From: Amoebidium appalachense
Lineage: Eukaryota; Protista; Ichthyosporea
Assembly (NCBI GenBank): GCA_963693365.1
Contig: CAVNZM010000001.1
Coordinates: 18,586,783 to 18,650,782 of the forward strand
DNA: 64,000 bases
Direction: 5' to 3'
Part shown: positions 12,565-38,062 of the stretch, one piece after another
Layout of the letters: every line of letters begins with the position of its first letter
Numbering within the stretch: position 1 is the stretch's first letter
Program-made: the position numbers and the translations under genes
The notes under the pieces: generated by a model
The model's input: only the letters and a program-made list of their open reading frames with translations
Told to the model about the DNA's origin: nothing
Database searches by the model: none

Positions 12565-13559
12565 GGGGAACCCCAACTAATTGATTTCTCCTTGTAGTCT
12601 TTATGGTGTCTCGTAGAGAAAGTAAACCCTGATATATAGTCACCACCCGACATCTATGTACGTGATCATGATATACCGCTGAGGGGATATTCCGAGCAAA
12701 CCCCCCCCCCCCCTACCTGAGACTGGTTCTCTTTGCCTCGAGTAAACAGCGTAAACCCCTGACTTAAGTACACTGTCAGACTGTATGATAATGCAATAAA
12801 ACAACCCTACATTATGGACCACTTTGGATCTATTGAATAGGCCGATCTGCCTCCGAAGCCATAGGGCCTTCCCGTGCGCAGACTGTGCAGCCGCGGCGCC
12901 CTGGTTTTCCGTGCGAAACTTACAACACCTACAAGAACTGAAGCGACTCTATCTAACCTACTTTAAGCTAGTATATAAGCGCACTTTTAGAGTAGTGAGT
13001 AATTGTATATGACACAAATAACAAAAGTTTAAAATTATTATATTAGCTAAACAATCAAAAGCCCCGCACGCACATGCCTGCTCATCAGTAGAGCTGCAGT
13101 CTACCTCCGGAGTCTACTAGATCTGTGGACGTGATGATATGGTGTGTGGTTCACGGAGTTGCTGCCACCCACTATGGTTAGAAGACGCCGTGACGTGGCC
13201 CATGGAGTAGAGTGAGAAAAGAACCTATAAGAGCCAAAGGTTATGCAGAGCTGACCACTTTAACCCGGTCAGTGCAACTTTTTTTGTGTCATCGACAACA
13301 AGCCACTACACCTCAAACCTGCAACCGGAGCTTATCCCACTGTACGCCCGTTCTAGAAGGTGCAAACAGTGGGGTTTTGGTGCTACCACTCAGAAGAATC
13401 CAAATAAACATGACTTGGTTGTTCAGGCATAGGCTCAAGTTTGTCCCACCCCCATCATGCTCAACTTATACACTGCCCATGACCACCCACCTGCAGGTCC
13501 CTGACTGCATGGGAAGGCCCGCCCGTTGTACTAGTCCCCCCTCTACACAAATAACTTAG

Positions 13560-14945
<1,386 letters not shown>

Positions 14946-14946
14946 A

Positions 14947-15235
14947 AGGAATTTACCGAAAATTTGACCTAAAGTTTTTAAAAAGTTTTTTCATGTTTTT
15001 TCGTGATCGCTTGAGCAGATCAAACTGTTTTGCTGGTATCTCAGTGTACGTGTGCAGAGGGTATAACAACACACTAACTGTGAAAACTTGGTGCACTTTG
15101 GTTGAACGGTTCCCAAGTTATTACATTTTTAATTTTTTGAAACGTCCATAACGTTATGCTCAAACCTGCATAACGTTATACAATTTTACTAAGTAAATGT
15201 AAATTTGCCTCAAAAAATTCGTTAAAGTGCCTTAA
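14947..15235. mobile_element. Possible non-autonomous DNA-transposon fragment
   Basis: AT-rich non-coding block sharply inserted between CA tracts and ending AGTGCCTTAA. No matching second terminus was found. Confidence 0.25.
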
Positions 15236-15252
15236 ACACACACACACACTGC

Positions 15253-15397
<145 letters not shown>

Positions 15398-16451
15398 ATC
15401 TTAATCAGTCACACACAGTACACACACATGCGCAATACACACACACACTTACCCTGTGTAACAAACGACACACTGGCACAGTATATTAACCGGCCTCTTT
15501 TGGTGCAGTGGCGGTTGGCAAACACGCACGGTCCGGGTTAGTACTAGGCCAAGACAACGTAACGTTAGATATAATTAGCAGCTTCTGCACAGATCTCGTG
15601 TAGGGAGAGAGCAGAGTCTGACGGGTAGATGTACAAAGACTTAGAATAGAAAGAGAGCTGCCGGGTTTGCATTTCTTTTTTCCGTGAGCAAGAGAAAGAA
15701 AAACAATACAGTTTAAGTAACAAGCATCTAATTCGACTTGTTTCATGTTAGTGGTGGTACATAGTGGGCTCGTACTGATACTAGTGCTACCTCTGCACAC
15801 TGCACTGTGCAACAGAACACTTTGCACTCAAGTGACCTTTGGATGCAAGGGATACTTGACGAGACGATATATGCAACAAGTAATTTATTATAAAAAGAAC
15901 AACAGGGTGTCTGTCAGAGTCTGCTGGTTGCGTTGGACGGTGTGGAAAACAGTCATGGTGTGTTTTTGACCGAACGCCTTCCCGTTGTCTGTATGTGTAT
16001 GGCTGACAGGGCATTCCACAAAAAGGTCGACTGAATGATCACGCTGTACGTGTGTATAATGTTCACACGCCATGCCTACTCTACCCCCAGATAGTGTATT
16101 TGGCAGAAACGCACCATGCAGGCAGTAAATGTTCAACACCCGTAGTACTTGTGTGATGCCCTCATGATCACGAATGGCAAAGAAAAACGCCCAACGCAAC
16201 AAGCCTGCAAACCCCAAAATAACTAAGACGATAGAAATTATCATCTATAATGAAAAGCATCTGTGTAGCATTTTAAGGAAAAAGCAAATATTGTTACGTA
16301 AAGGTTTTTGTTTAGGCCCGAAGTAGCTTCTACGTCGGGCAGCTGGAGCCGCTCCGACAAACGACGGCCCTATGGCGGCCAACCTCGGGTGTTGGAGCGA
16401 AGCAAAAAATTGATCGATTTTAAAATAGAATTATGGATAAGCAGCCTGAAG

Positions 16452-16800
16452 CTAGCATTGGTATGATAGCTCCGAGAGAAAGTTACAAAAAAAAGTAAGA
16501 CACCGTATCACAATACCATACTGTGCAGCATTAATAAGGTGATCTAACACGGTCATTTTATAACGGATATACTGGGGGAGAGAAGTAGAAAAGAGAATAA
16601 AGCCGCCCATAACCTCCGGTTCTACCACATTAGCTAACAGGTCACACTTATTGATGGATATGCATCCGCGAGTAATCCGCACCCCACACATATTACACGT
16701 ACGAGCAGGAGACACCAAAAACCGATTACAACGCCAAGACATAATCATCTTTGTTTATTTATACGACACAACATCACCAAATGAGCAACAATTGCTAAGC
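16452..16800 (-). mobile_element. Second diverged non-LTR retrotransposon 3' remnant
   Basis: IMSWRCNRFL..CNMCGVRITRGCI..C..MTVLDHLIN...Y has the same motif order as the 12040 copy. An in-frame stop just upstream indicates decay. Confidence 0.55.
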
Positions 16801-17363
16801 CAATCAGGTGGCGAAAGAGCTGAAAGTGCCAAAAGGCATTAGATGATATTAAAATATTAAAAGTCGGGGAAGCATTAGACAACCAAAACTAATGTATATG
16901 CTTTAACAGCGTCAAATTATTATAAGTAATTATTTACATTGGCCTTTACAATGCCATATAATGAGTCACGACAGAGTCCAGTTGGCACAAAATAATGACT
17001 ATACCTTGCATCAAGCAACATTATTAGCATTCCTTAGATGAGATGTTTTTATTGGTTAAATATCATATAGTAATAGTGCACATTCCATCTTTAGGCTTCA
17101 ATAAACATGCCCGAACCCAAATTTCTCTTGGCAACATCTCAGTTTTCTCGCACATATAGACTGTTTGTACACTGTACAGAACTCCGCTCTCTCTCCTCAT
17201 TACGACCCACACACACATTCACACAAGAGTCCACAACTCTCCTGGCTGTTTAATTTGCCCTTTCTACTACTCCGGAGGCCGTGTTTTCTCCCGTTGAACC
17301 AACCCGTTCATCGCATCACACACAACACAACGGACAGTTTGGACTGACACACAGACAAAAAAA

Positions 17364-23859
<6,496 letters not shown>

Positions 23860-24349
23860 GCCTGAGGGGAGAAAACAAATGTGTGTTTCGTGTAGTAATT
23901 TGTTTTTGTGGCGGGTTTATTGTTCAGTTTTCTAATGGTACTTTCCATAATTAGAGAAATTCAACGTAGAACTTTGCTGGATGTTACCGGATAGATCAGA
24001 AACTTGGATGGTGTCTCGGTACTGTAGTACTGGTACTGAGGGTTTGGAGGAGGAAGAAATTCAGACACATATGCACTGTAAAACTGGCTTTTCCGGGAAT
24101 TTTACTCATAAGAGATAGCTGTTTGCTCGTAAAGTAACTGCGAACGAATAAACTGCGAATGGCCATGGCACCTTCTTATACGGTGTAATCAAATCAACAG
24201 ATGTACTGTGTATATGCAGCCTGAATGCTTTATGATAACGCTTCTACCTCTACTGTATGTAAGCAGAACAATGTTAACACAATGCTAGTCACTGCACGAC
24301 AGTCTGCCAACACCTCCCCCTGGGCCACTCTATGATTTGCAAGCATCGT

Positions 24350-25345
24350 TTACTTGAGCAACTCTACGCGGGTGCCTGGTTTGCAATTGTAAATGATAAC
24401 AGCCACCCTGTACTGCCCGCCCGCAGCAATAGTGTATGCCGTGCCATAGTCGACACCGTTGACTGCAAACGACACCTTCCCGTCACTGTGCAGACGAATG
24501 CCAACCGTCACTCCGTTGCACACTGCACTGTCGATGTACCTTGTACCACCCGGCTGTTCGGCCTGCAATTGACTGCAGAGTGATCCGTTTTTTGTGCTCA
24601 GGTACCAGCCGCACATAGTGTGTGGCGCCGGCCTTGCCACTGGGGCGCCGTACGCGTCAGTGACTGTCCCGTTTGTGCGTGTAGCCGCAACTGCAGCAAC
24701 ATGGATTGCCCGCAGTGACCTCGAGGGAGCCAGACCAATCATTGTACTACTGTGACTCCCCCTGCCAGTCATGGTGTCCAGGATGCGCATGCGCACCTCC
24801 GAGAAGCCACTCTTAGGCCATGCCACCTCCGGACCCACTAGTACTACCGTGGCCCAGCCCGAGCTCATCTCACGGGTGCCGGCCGGTTTGGTTGCTGTGC
24901 GACCGTCATTCGAGAGGGTGATCGCCGGATCACGGCCATCTAGAAACACCCTAGATGGCCGTGTCGCCGGATGTGCCGTTTGTACCCATTTGAGTTCTCC
25001 TATGTGGCCAACACTGGGCTTTAGTTCTTCCACCAGCCCGTCCAAACCGTAGAATTCGGCGTCCTTCTTCAACAATGCCTTTTCTTTCCTTGTGAGAAAC
25101 TCCGTTTCCAACTCCCGTCCTCTCAGATGGTCTGCTACATAATCAAAAACGGCCGGGTTTCTGTTGATAAAAAATGCGCCATTCCTGTCTTGTTTTGTGT
25201 TCCAGGAGCCCGAAAACATGGCGGCAAAGAACGAGCCTGGCTTGCTGGTCAGGTCCTGTAGGGAGAGGGCAAAGTGGGTGCCCCCAACGTTGAGGGTGAT
25301 GGGGTCGGCCGGGTTGCTGGCAAAGAGCTTGGAATCCATGATCAT
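24350..25345 (-). CDS. Intronless BTB/POZ (KCTD/K-channel tetramerisation type) protein with SPRY-like C-terminal domain, 331 aa
   Basis: ITLNVGGTHF..SL..L...PGSFFAAMFSG.W..DRNGAFFINRNPAVFDYVADHLRG..L.KDAEFYGL..L is a classic T1/BTB pattern. The C-terminal half has ITLSNDGRTATK, MIGLA, GWYL and VGIRL..GKVSFAVNGVDYGTAY, typical of SPRY-like folds. Confidence 0.9.
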   Translation of the reverse strand: MIMDSKLFASNPADPITLNVGGTHFALSLQDLTSKPGSFFAAMFSGSWNTKQDRNGAFFINRNPAVFDYVADHLRGRELETEFLTRKEKALLKKDAEFYGLDGLVEELKPSVGHIGELKWVQTAHPATRPSRVFLDGRDPAITLSNDGRTATKPAGTREMSSGWATVVLVGPEVAWPKSGFSEVRMRILDTMTGRGSHSSTMIGLAPSRSLRAIHVAAVAATRTNGTVTDAYGAPVARPAPHTMCGWYLSTKNGSLCSQLQAEQPGGTRYIDSAVCNGVTVGIRLHSDGKVSFAVNGVDYGTAYTIAAGGQYRVAVIIYNCKPGTRVELLK

Positions 25346-26726
25346 GTCCAGTCCATGTTGGCAGTTGTGTGACTCATGACAGTACTAGTGTGCCTTCTCA
25401 CTCTGGCCTGTGTACGTTTTCATTGCGATCGTGGCCAAAAGGGGGACCAAAGCATGGGACAGACTGAAAATGGTCTAACTAGGTGCCGTGTTTATTCAAG
25501 ACTCTGTATATATACTGTGCGTATCTAATTAGATATGCAGGAATATTTACACTGAACTATGTTGCAAGGGCCGGGTTAACGTTGGATACGATGATCGACA
25601 AATAAGAGACGTGAATTATATGAGACTGAACAGATGTGAGAGCTAGCCGATCGATGTTAAGCTTTTTATACTTGCTAGGGTGCCCAGGCTAGCCCCAACA
25701 AATCTATAAGTACTATCAGTGGTCACTCGTGTCACGTCACCCGTGTCAACCACTTGGCTAAACTGTGGGTTGGTGAAATTGCACGGCATGTGCATTTGTA
25801 CTGCCCATAATTCTCCTTTACTCTAATAACCTACCCCTTAGCACATATTTTTCTTAGAAATGTAAACTAAATCACAGAGCCAGAAAATTTAGTTAGCTAT
25901 AGCTAGAGCTAAACAAAGCAAACACATCCAAGATCACAGGCATGTCAAACCCGGCCCCTGTACATGTGTTCGTGTTCGTGTTCGTGTTCGTACGTTCAAT
26001 GTTCATTGACTGGTTTCGTTCACACACACTAAGTTTTATATCATAATACGATGCTGCATGTGCACAGCCCAGCCGCCATATGACCAAGTCTTCCATTTTT
26101 CAAGGGTTTCAAGGGTACGAGTTGGCACGTGATCAGTCTGTAGTCGGCATAGGAAAATATGTACACACAGACTGGAAAGCCGTATATCACATTTATTGGT
26201 AGCCATCAGGGTGTTTATTCATATTGACGGTCCTGTATAACTTACTGAGGTGTAAAAGGTGGGCTCAGCCTGGAATATTAATATTGTATGGAACCCCAGC
26301 ATGCTATGTTGTGAGAGAGACATCTTGAACACTGATTCATGACCAAAAGTCACCCCCCCCCCCCCCCCCCCCCCCCCTCTCCTCCCCTTCCCCCCAGGCG
26401 GCCTCCCCACCCACCGGGCCGGGCCCAGATCCATGGCCACCGTCGCAACAGAAATGCACGTCCTCTACTGCCCTTGCTGAGCAAGCACACACATGTAAGA
26501 TATCTGGACCCAATATACCATGAATGGAAAACCCAAGCCTGTATATGCATGCATGCACTAAGTGCAGCTTGTATGCACTTCACGCATACTTGGACTAATA
26601 ACTTTAACGAGGGTGAGAGCTACAGGGGCCAAAACCTCGACTGTTTGGTGCCTACATTTGCATGGCTCTGCAGGTTAGGGGTGGGGTGGGATGGGCGGGT
26701 GGGTAGTGGTAGTTTTTTTTTTTTTT

Positions 26727-26757
<31 letters not shown>

Positions 26758-26758
26758 G

Positions 26759-27005
26759 TTGAATGCGTCAAAAAGTACGAAGTACACAAGAACATACGGA
26801 TAACACGATGCAGAATGCAAGCCATACATAAAGAGTATGCATAATAAGCAGAGCCCATCCTCGGGGGGGCCCACGTCATCCACAGTACCCGAGTTTCGAC
26901 CTATTCCCCTCGTTAACGAAACCCAACTCAGATACTGTTTCACTTGAACATGAGTAGGTCACCCGTCTTGATCAGAGACGAGCAGGGTTGCTTATGCAGG
27001 CAAGG
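26759..27005 (-). mobile_element. Dispersed structured element, copy E (full length, subfamily 2), flanked by G runs on both sides
   Basis: Reverse complement of copy D with about two substitutions and two 1-nt indels. Confidence 0.9.
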
Positions 27006-27189
27006 GGGGGGGGGGGGGGGGGGGGGCTGTAATGTGCGTGACCGAGTAGCTGTTATAGTTATTAGGTCTGTATGTTACACTAACTACGCATAGATGAAGG
27101 ACACTGTCAGAGCAGAAGTATGCAGCACACAAGTGCTTGCAAAGTGCATCCATACGGCGTGTGTAGAGCACTTTTCTGAGACAGGCACC

Positions 27190-27252
27190 AACCCAAGTTT
27201 CGATCCGTTTACCTCACACACCAAACCTGAGATACTGCTTCATTCAAATGGG
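27190..27252 (-). mobile_element. Old degenerate fragment of the structured element (copy F)
   Basis: ACCCAAGTTTCGATCCGTTTACCTC..CCAAACCTGAGATACTGCTTCATTCAAATG aligns with copy E ACCCGAGTTTCGACCTATTCCCCTC..CCCAACTCAGATACTGTTTCACTTGAACATG. Confidence 0.55.
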
Positions 27253-28937
27253 GCGAGGCCGAGGGGTCAGGGGAGGGGGAGACCCATACCAATGTTTGGG
27301 TGACTTCAATCTGTGTGTACACATCTGATCCTCGTGTCCATGAGGTGCGTGTCGGTGCCACACGTGATTGTTTGTGATGACCATGTTGAGGTTGAGTGTG
27401 TGTGTGGCTTAACTAATGGTAGTGCGGACATGTCACTCATGTTGAATATTGTCAAATCAGGCTGGTGAAAAAAGGGAACCGGTAAATATTACCGTAGTGA
27501 TTTCGTTTTTGGGAAAGAACGCTCTATATGAGTGAGTGAGGTGCATTCGAGGCTCAGATAGCTAACTTGAGATTTGTGATTTGTGCATGCATATATATAC
27601 CGTGCCTTCGGTGAGATCGTATACAAAGTCGCGAGGTCGAACAGTTTTGGCTGAAGATCCTACGGCTGACAACTTAGCCATCTGTGTAGTCCAGCTCGCA
27701 ATTCTAGCAACTCGAATTACAATATTATGTAAAAAGGGGGTCGAAAACAGCCATGACTAGAACTTATGGTGGATTGTGAAAGTCTGGAACTCAAAATGTT
27801 ACCGATGTCAGGAGCAGGCAAGTAAATTAGTAAATTCCAAACCGTTTTGTTCTAGCCTCGACGAAAACCTCAACTAGGAGAGCAAGCAGTTGCTTCTTGT
27901 GACATGCATAGCAGCACCCGTAACGCAAACTGGTGTCATGTGTGGAAAAATTGTGCTGTTGCTGTGCATATCTGCCCGGTGTCGTGTTGAAACTGCAGTG
28001 ATACACCCAAGATCTCTAATAAAATGGAGCCTCGATCGCGAGGCTGTACATAGATTCTGTGGAAAAAAGCAGGAGCATTCATGCGTGTCATGATCACGGT
28101 GGTTGTCTTTTCATGAGCTATTATTGAAAAAGCATAGGGCCGTGTGTCACATGCACGTGTGCGTGTGACTGTGTGACTGTGAACATCTTGCCCGGGTGTA
28201 TGCCTATTGTACAAAACCTTCGTTCACACACACGCCTATTTTTTGTAAGGTTGTTTTGCGTTTTTCACTTGCAGACGGTGTCTGTGTTGTTGGTGCCAGC
28301 AACCAATGTGTGAGCCGCTCATAAGACCATTATTGGAAGGACGGTGGCCCAACTTGTGCCAATCGGAAGCGACCTTCCATAAAAGGGCTATAGTTCCTGT
28401 TTCCTATTGGCTATTCAGTCGTCATAACCCGAAGTGGCTCTTCTGTGTGTGCACTGGCACCACCTGAAAGTTGTGAAGCTTTTTTCCGTTTTGAATAATC
28501 TGCTGATTGTTGAACTTAGTAGACATAGATTACACTGGTTACACGGTATAGGAATGCGGCGGGTTTTTTTGCGTCCACTTCGTATATGAGAACTTAGGAG
28601 TGTGAGGTAGTAAGTTGTAAAACCTGCACCCTTTCTTCTGCCTTTCGTAAGCTCGTTACGTATGACTACCAGAGTAAGCACATGAAAAGGCGGCATGTTG
28701 GATCAAGCTTCCCGGGTGCTAAGTAAACCATAACAAAACGTTAGCAGACGTCCTGCTATATACATAAGCCGTAAGAGAATGTGCGCGAGAATTACTTTGC
28801 CCAAATGAAAGATTAGTCGCAGCACTAGTTGCCAAACCCCACCCTACTCTTTTCAAAGCTGCTTGTCTGCACATTTGTTTGTTATTTTGAATTTTTCCAA
28901 GAAATACCAAAGCAGCTGTATTGAGCGCAACCTTGTT

Positions 28938-35026
<6,089 letters not shown>

Positions 35027-35212
35027 GTGTCTCCAGATGTTTATGTTCTGAATAGATTGTTGGTGTCTCCAGATATATTCTAGGTGGGTGGTTTTAAGTT
35101 CGTTGGGGCGTGTCTGTTCGGCACCATTGCAGATTGGGTGTGTGGTGTAGCTGCAGTGCTCCGAACGAAACGTGCTGCTGTGTTCTCTAAGGAAAAATGC
35201 TTCCATTGACAT

Positions 35213-35252
<40 letters not shown>

Positions 35253-35279
35253 GTTGGTTGGGTGGGTGTGTGGGTGGGG

Positions 35280-35282
<3 letters not shown>

Positions 35283-35365
<83 letters not shown>
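35283..35365 (+). repeat. Poly-G homopolymer (~83 nt), the longest in the window
   Basis: Directly visible; exact length may be affected by sequencing error. Confidence 0.9.
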
Positions 35366-35366
<1 letters not shown>

Positions 35367-35706
35367 TTATTGGAGCCTGTATTGCCCTTTGTTTGCTATC
35401 GTAGCCTTCAGTATGCACCGATAAAACGCAATATATGTAGTATGTCTGTATGCACGCGTATATGCTTGATTAGTGATTAGCGATTGAGTCTGTAATAGAT
35501 TTGCAGTCTAAAGTGAAGAGTTGACACGCGCGCACTCACACCCACCTAATGGATACCGTGCATATATTTACCACCCACACACGCACACACAAACATATGT
35601 AATGGGAGATGTGCCGGCCGCTTGGTGTGTTAAAGTTTGCCCCGGCATGCACGATGGCTGGGTGTTAGAATGATTCATTAATTAAATAAAGTAACCGACA
35701 AGTCAT

Positions 35707-35756
<50 letters not shown>

Positions 35757-36786
35757 TCGCCCTTTCCTTATCTCGCTCTCTTTCTCTCTCTCTCTCTGGA
35801 TCTCTAGATCTCTCCGTACCCTCTCTCCCTCTTCTCCCCCTCCCTCCCTCCCTCCCTCCCTCCCTCCCTCCCTCCCTCCCTCTCTCGCTCTCTCCTTCCC
35901 TCTGTCTTTCTTCCCCTGATCCCACCTCACCCCCACCCCCACCCCATATTCCAACTGATGCAATCACTGTGTGCTGTGCAAAGCTGCTTTGTGCTATCTT
36001 TCGTGAATTCCGGACATCTGCATACATCGTACACAGTGAGTCACACATGTATGCCCCCCCCCCACCCCCCCCCCCACCCGGGCCTGGGCTGTACACACAA
36101 ACATACAAATCAATAAAGTCATTACAAAAAAAAAGAAACATACAAACCACTCTCTTATCTCCAACTGGACCCCCCTCCCACCTCAACTCATTCACTCCTT
36201 TCCTTCCTCATTCGAACCTCGATACCTCGAACCCTCAGTCTGAGACGCCGCCAAAGTTTGAGGTTCATCCGTGTCAGCTGTTTGAAATCCAAATCCCCCC
36301 CCCTCCCCCCCTCCCCCCCCCCCCTCCTCCCCTCCCCCCCGGGGGCTTCTTCCCTTCAGGCCCCACGAACCACGTACGTGTGCGCGCACACGCGTCTGAG
36401 TACAGTGTGTGGTGTATGCATACGTAGTCAAAATCTGTGTGTTTGTGTGCACATGTATACCGTCATGCATGATGTATGTTGGTGTGTGTGTTACATGAAC
36501 TTGTGGGGAAGGTGGGGAAAGAGGAGGCCTGGACTCAGAGGGGAGGGGGGGGGGGGGGGGGGGGGGGGTTGCAAGTAGTAGTAAGTTGCAAATTAGGTAT
36601 ATTGAATTTTATGTTTGGGTACTCCCTGCCTGAGTGTGTGTGGCCAGGTGCACATGGGCGATTGTTTCGGTAGCTGTGCACGAGTTGGTTGTGCCTGTGC
36701 GCTATTAACTTTAGGCATGTACGTGTTCGTGTATGGACGAGCACACCATGGGGATAGAAGAAAGTTTTTATTAAACTTAAAAAAAA

Positions 36787-36809
36787 AAAAACAGGAATAT
36801 GGGGAGGAA

Positions 36810-36851
<42 letters not shown>

Positions 36852-36932
36852 CCCTTCCGTGTTCTTCCTACGTAGCTCTGAGCACTGCCCATTTTCTTAC
36901 TTACGCGTGTAGCTCCCTTTTTTTTTTTTTTT

Positions 36933-36984
<52 letters not shown>

Positions 36985-37235
36985 GGGGGGGGGGGGGGGG
37001 GGGGGGAGTAAAACAAAACCTTAAAAAAAAGTAGGAATATCGCAAAAAAGGTTTCATAAAATTGAAAAAAAGCAGGAATATTGCAATCTCATTAAACTTT
37101 GCATGGACTTGCATGGACATGGATACGCACACGATTGCACCATATTCCTTTTTTTTAATTTTTTTTAATCTATATATGTAGTTTTATAAAAACTGTTTTT
37201 GCGCTATTCCTACGTTTTTAGTTTTTCTGTTTTAT

Positions 37236-37266
<31 letters not shown>

Positions 37267-37405
37267 CCCCAAATGGCCAAACACAGAAATTTGGGCTGGA
37301 AGATTTGGCGTGCGCAAAAAAAGTTCTTTTTCAAAACAACCAAAAAAAATAGAAAAAAAGTAGGAATAAGACAACCAAAAAAAGTAGGAAAAAAGTAGGA
37401 ATATT
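36787..37405. repeat. Cluster of AAAA(G)TAGGAATAT-like motifs in both orientations
   Basis: Forward copies near 36790, 37028, 37070, 37357, 37381 and 37393; reverse (TTCCTACG/ATATTCCT) near 36865, 37142 and 37205. Confidence 0.6.
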
Positions 37406-38062
37406 GATGCCACCAGCTGTACGTCAGCATACATCTGTTTTTTTTATTTCCACCTCTCAGCTGTTACAGGCTCAAACCCTCCCATATCAGCACTGCCACC
37501 GACAATGCATCAAACAACGTCACTTGAAAACCTTGGGGCCACAGGCCCGGCTCTCACATTATTATTATGATGACTCGGAGGATCAGGGCTGTCAGGAAAT
37601 TGATAACTCTATAGCTAACTGAAATAAACTAATAGCCTGGGGGGCATAATACAATGCCTCTGTTCCAGGTTGTTTATTTTCTTCTCAAACTGCTATACTG
37701 TGAACGATATGACATCGATAAATCAGTAACTGTAAATCCTTAAGCCAAGAAACAAATAAAAATTTACGTGTCCATCAAAACTCATGGTGTATGATGTGTT
37801 CTTCATGTGTGCGACTGGTGTTACTCAGACCCATATGGCATGGACATTTTGTCAAAGCCAAGAAACAGAAAACCACTGTAGACCCATCACAAGTGTAAAT
37901 GACTCGGTGTGCATGCAGTGTGAGTAATGAGGTAAAACCCCAGGTAGCGCTCACATATTGCCAGGTCCCAGGTTGGAGGGTGTGCGGGGAACACTACCGT
38001 TTGCCCTAATGTGTCCAAATGCCTCCATACTTGCCGCTGCGATGCTGCCCCGGTTGTTGTTG

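Noticed and set aside
13125-13258. Box C/D snoRNA (GTGG-AC-GTGATGA ... CTGA-CCAC)
   Set aside because: No recognisable rRNA guide or C'/D' boxes; the same DNA reads LDLWT**YGVWF, equally compatible with a decayed hAT transposase. Neither call is supportable without a search.
15486-16244. Complex-sequence ORFs 15486-15827 and 15888-16244
   Set aside because: No recognisable motif or splice pattern; possibly decayed repeat DNA.
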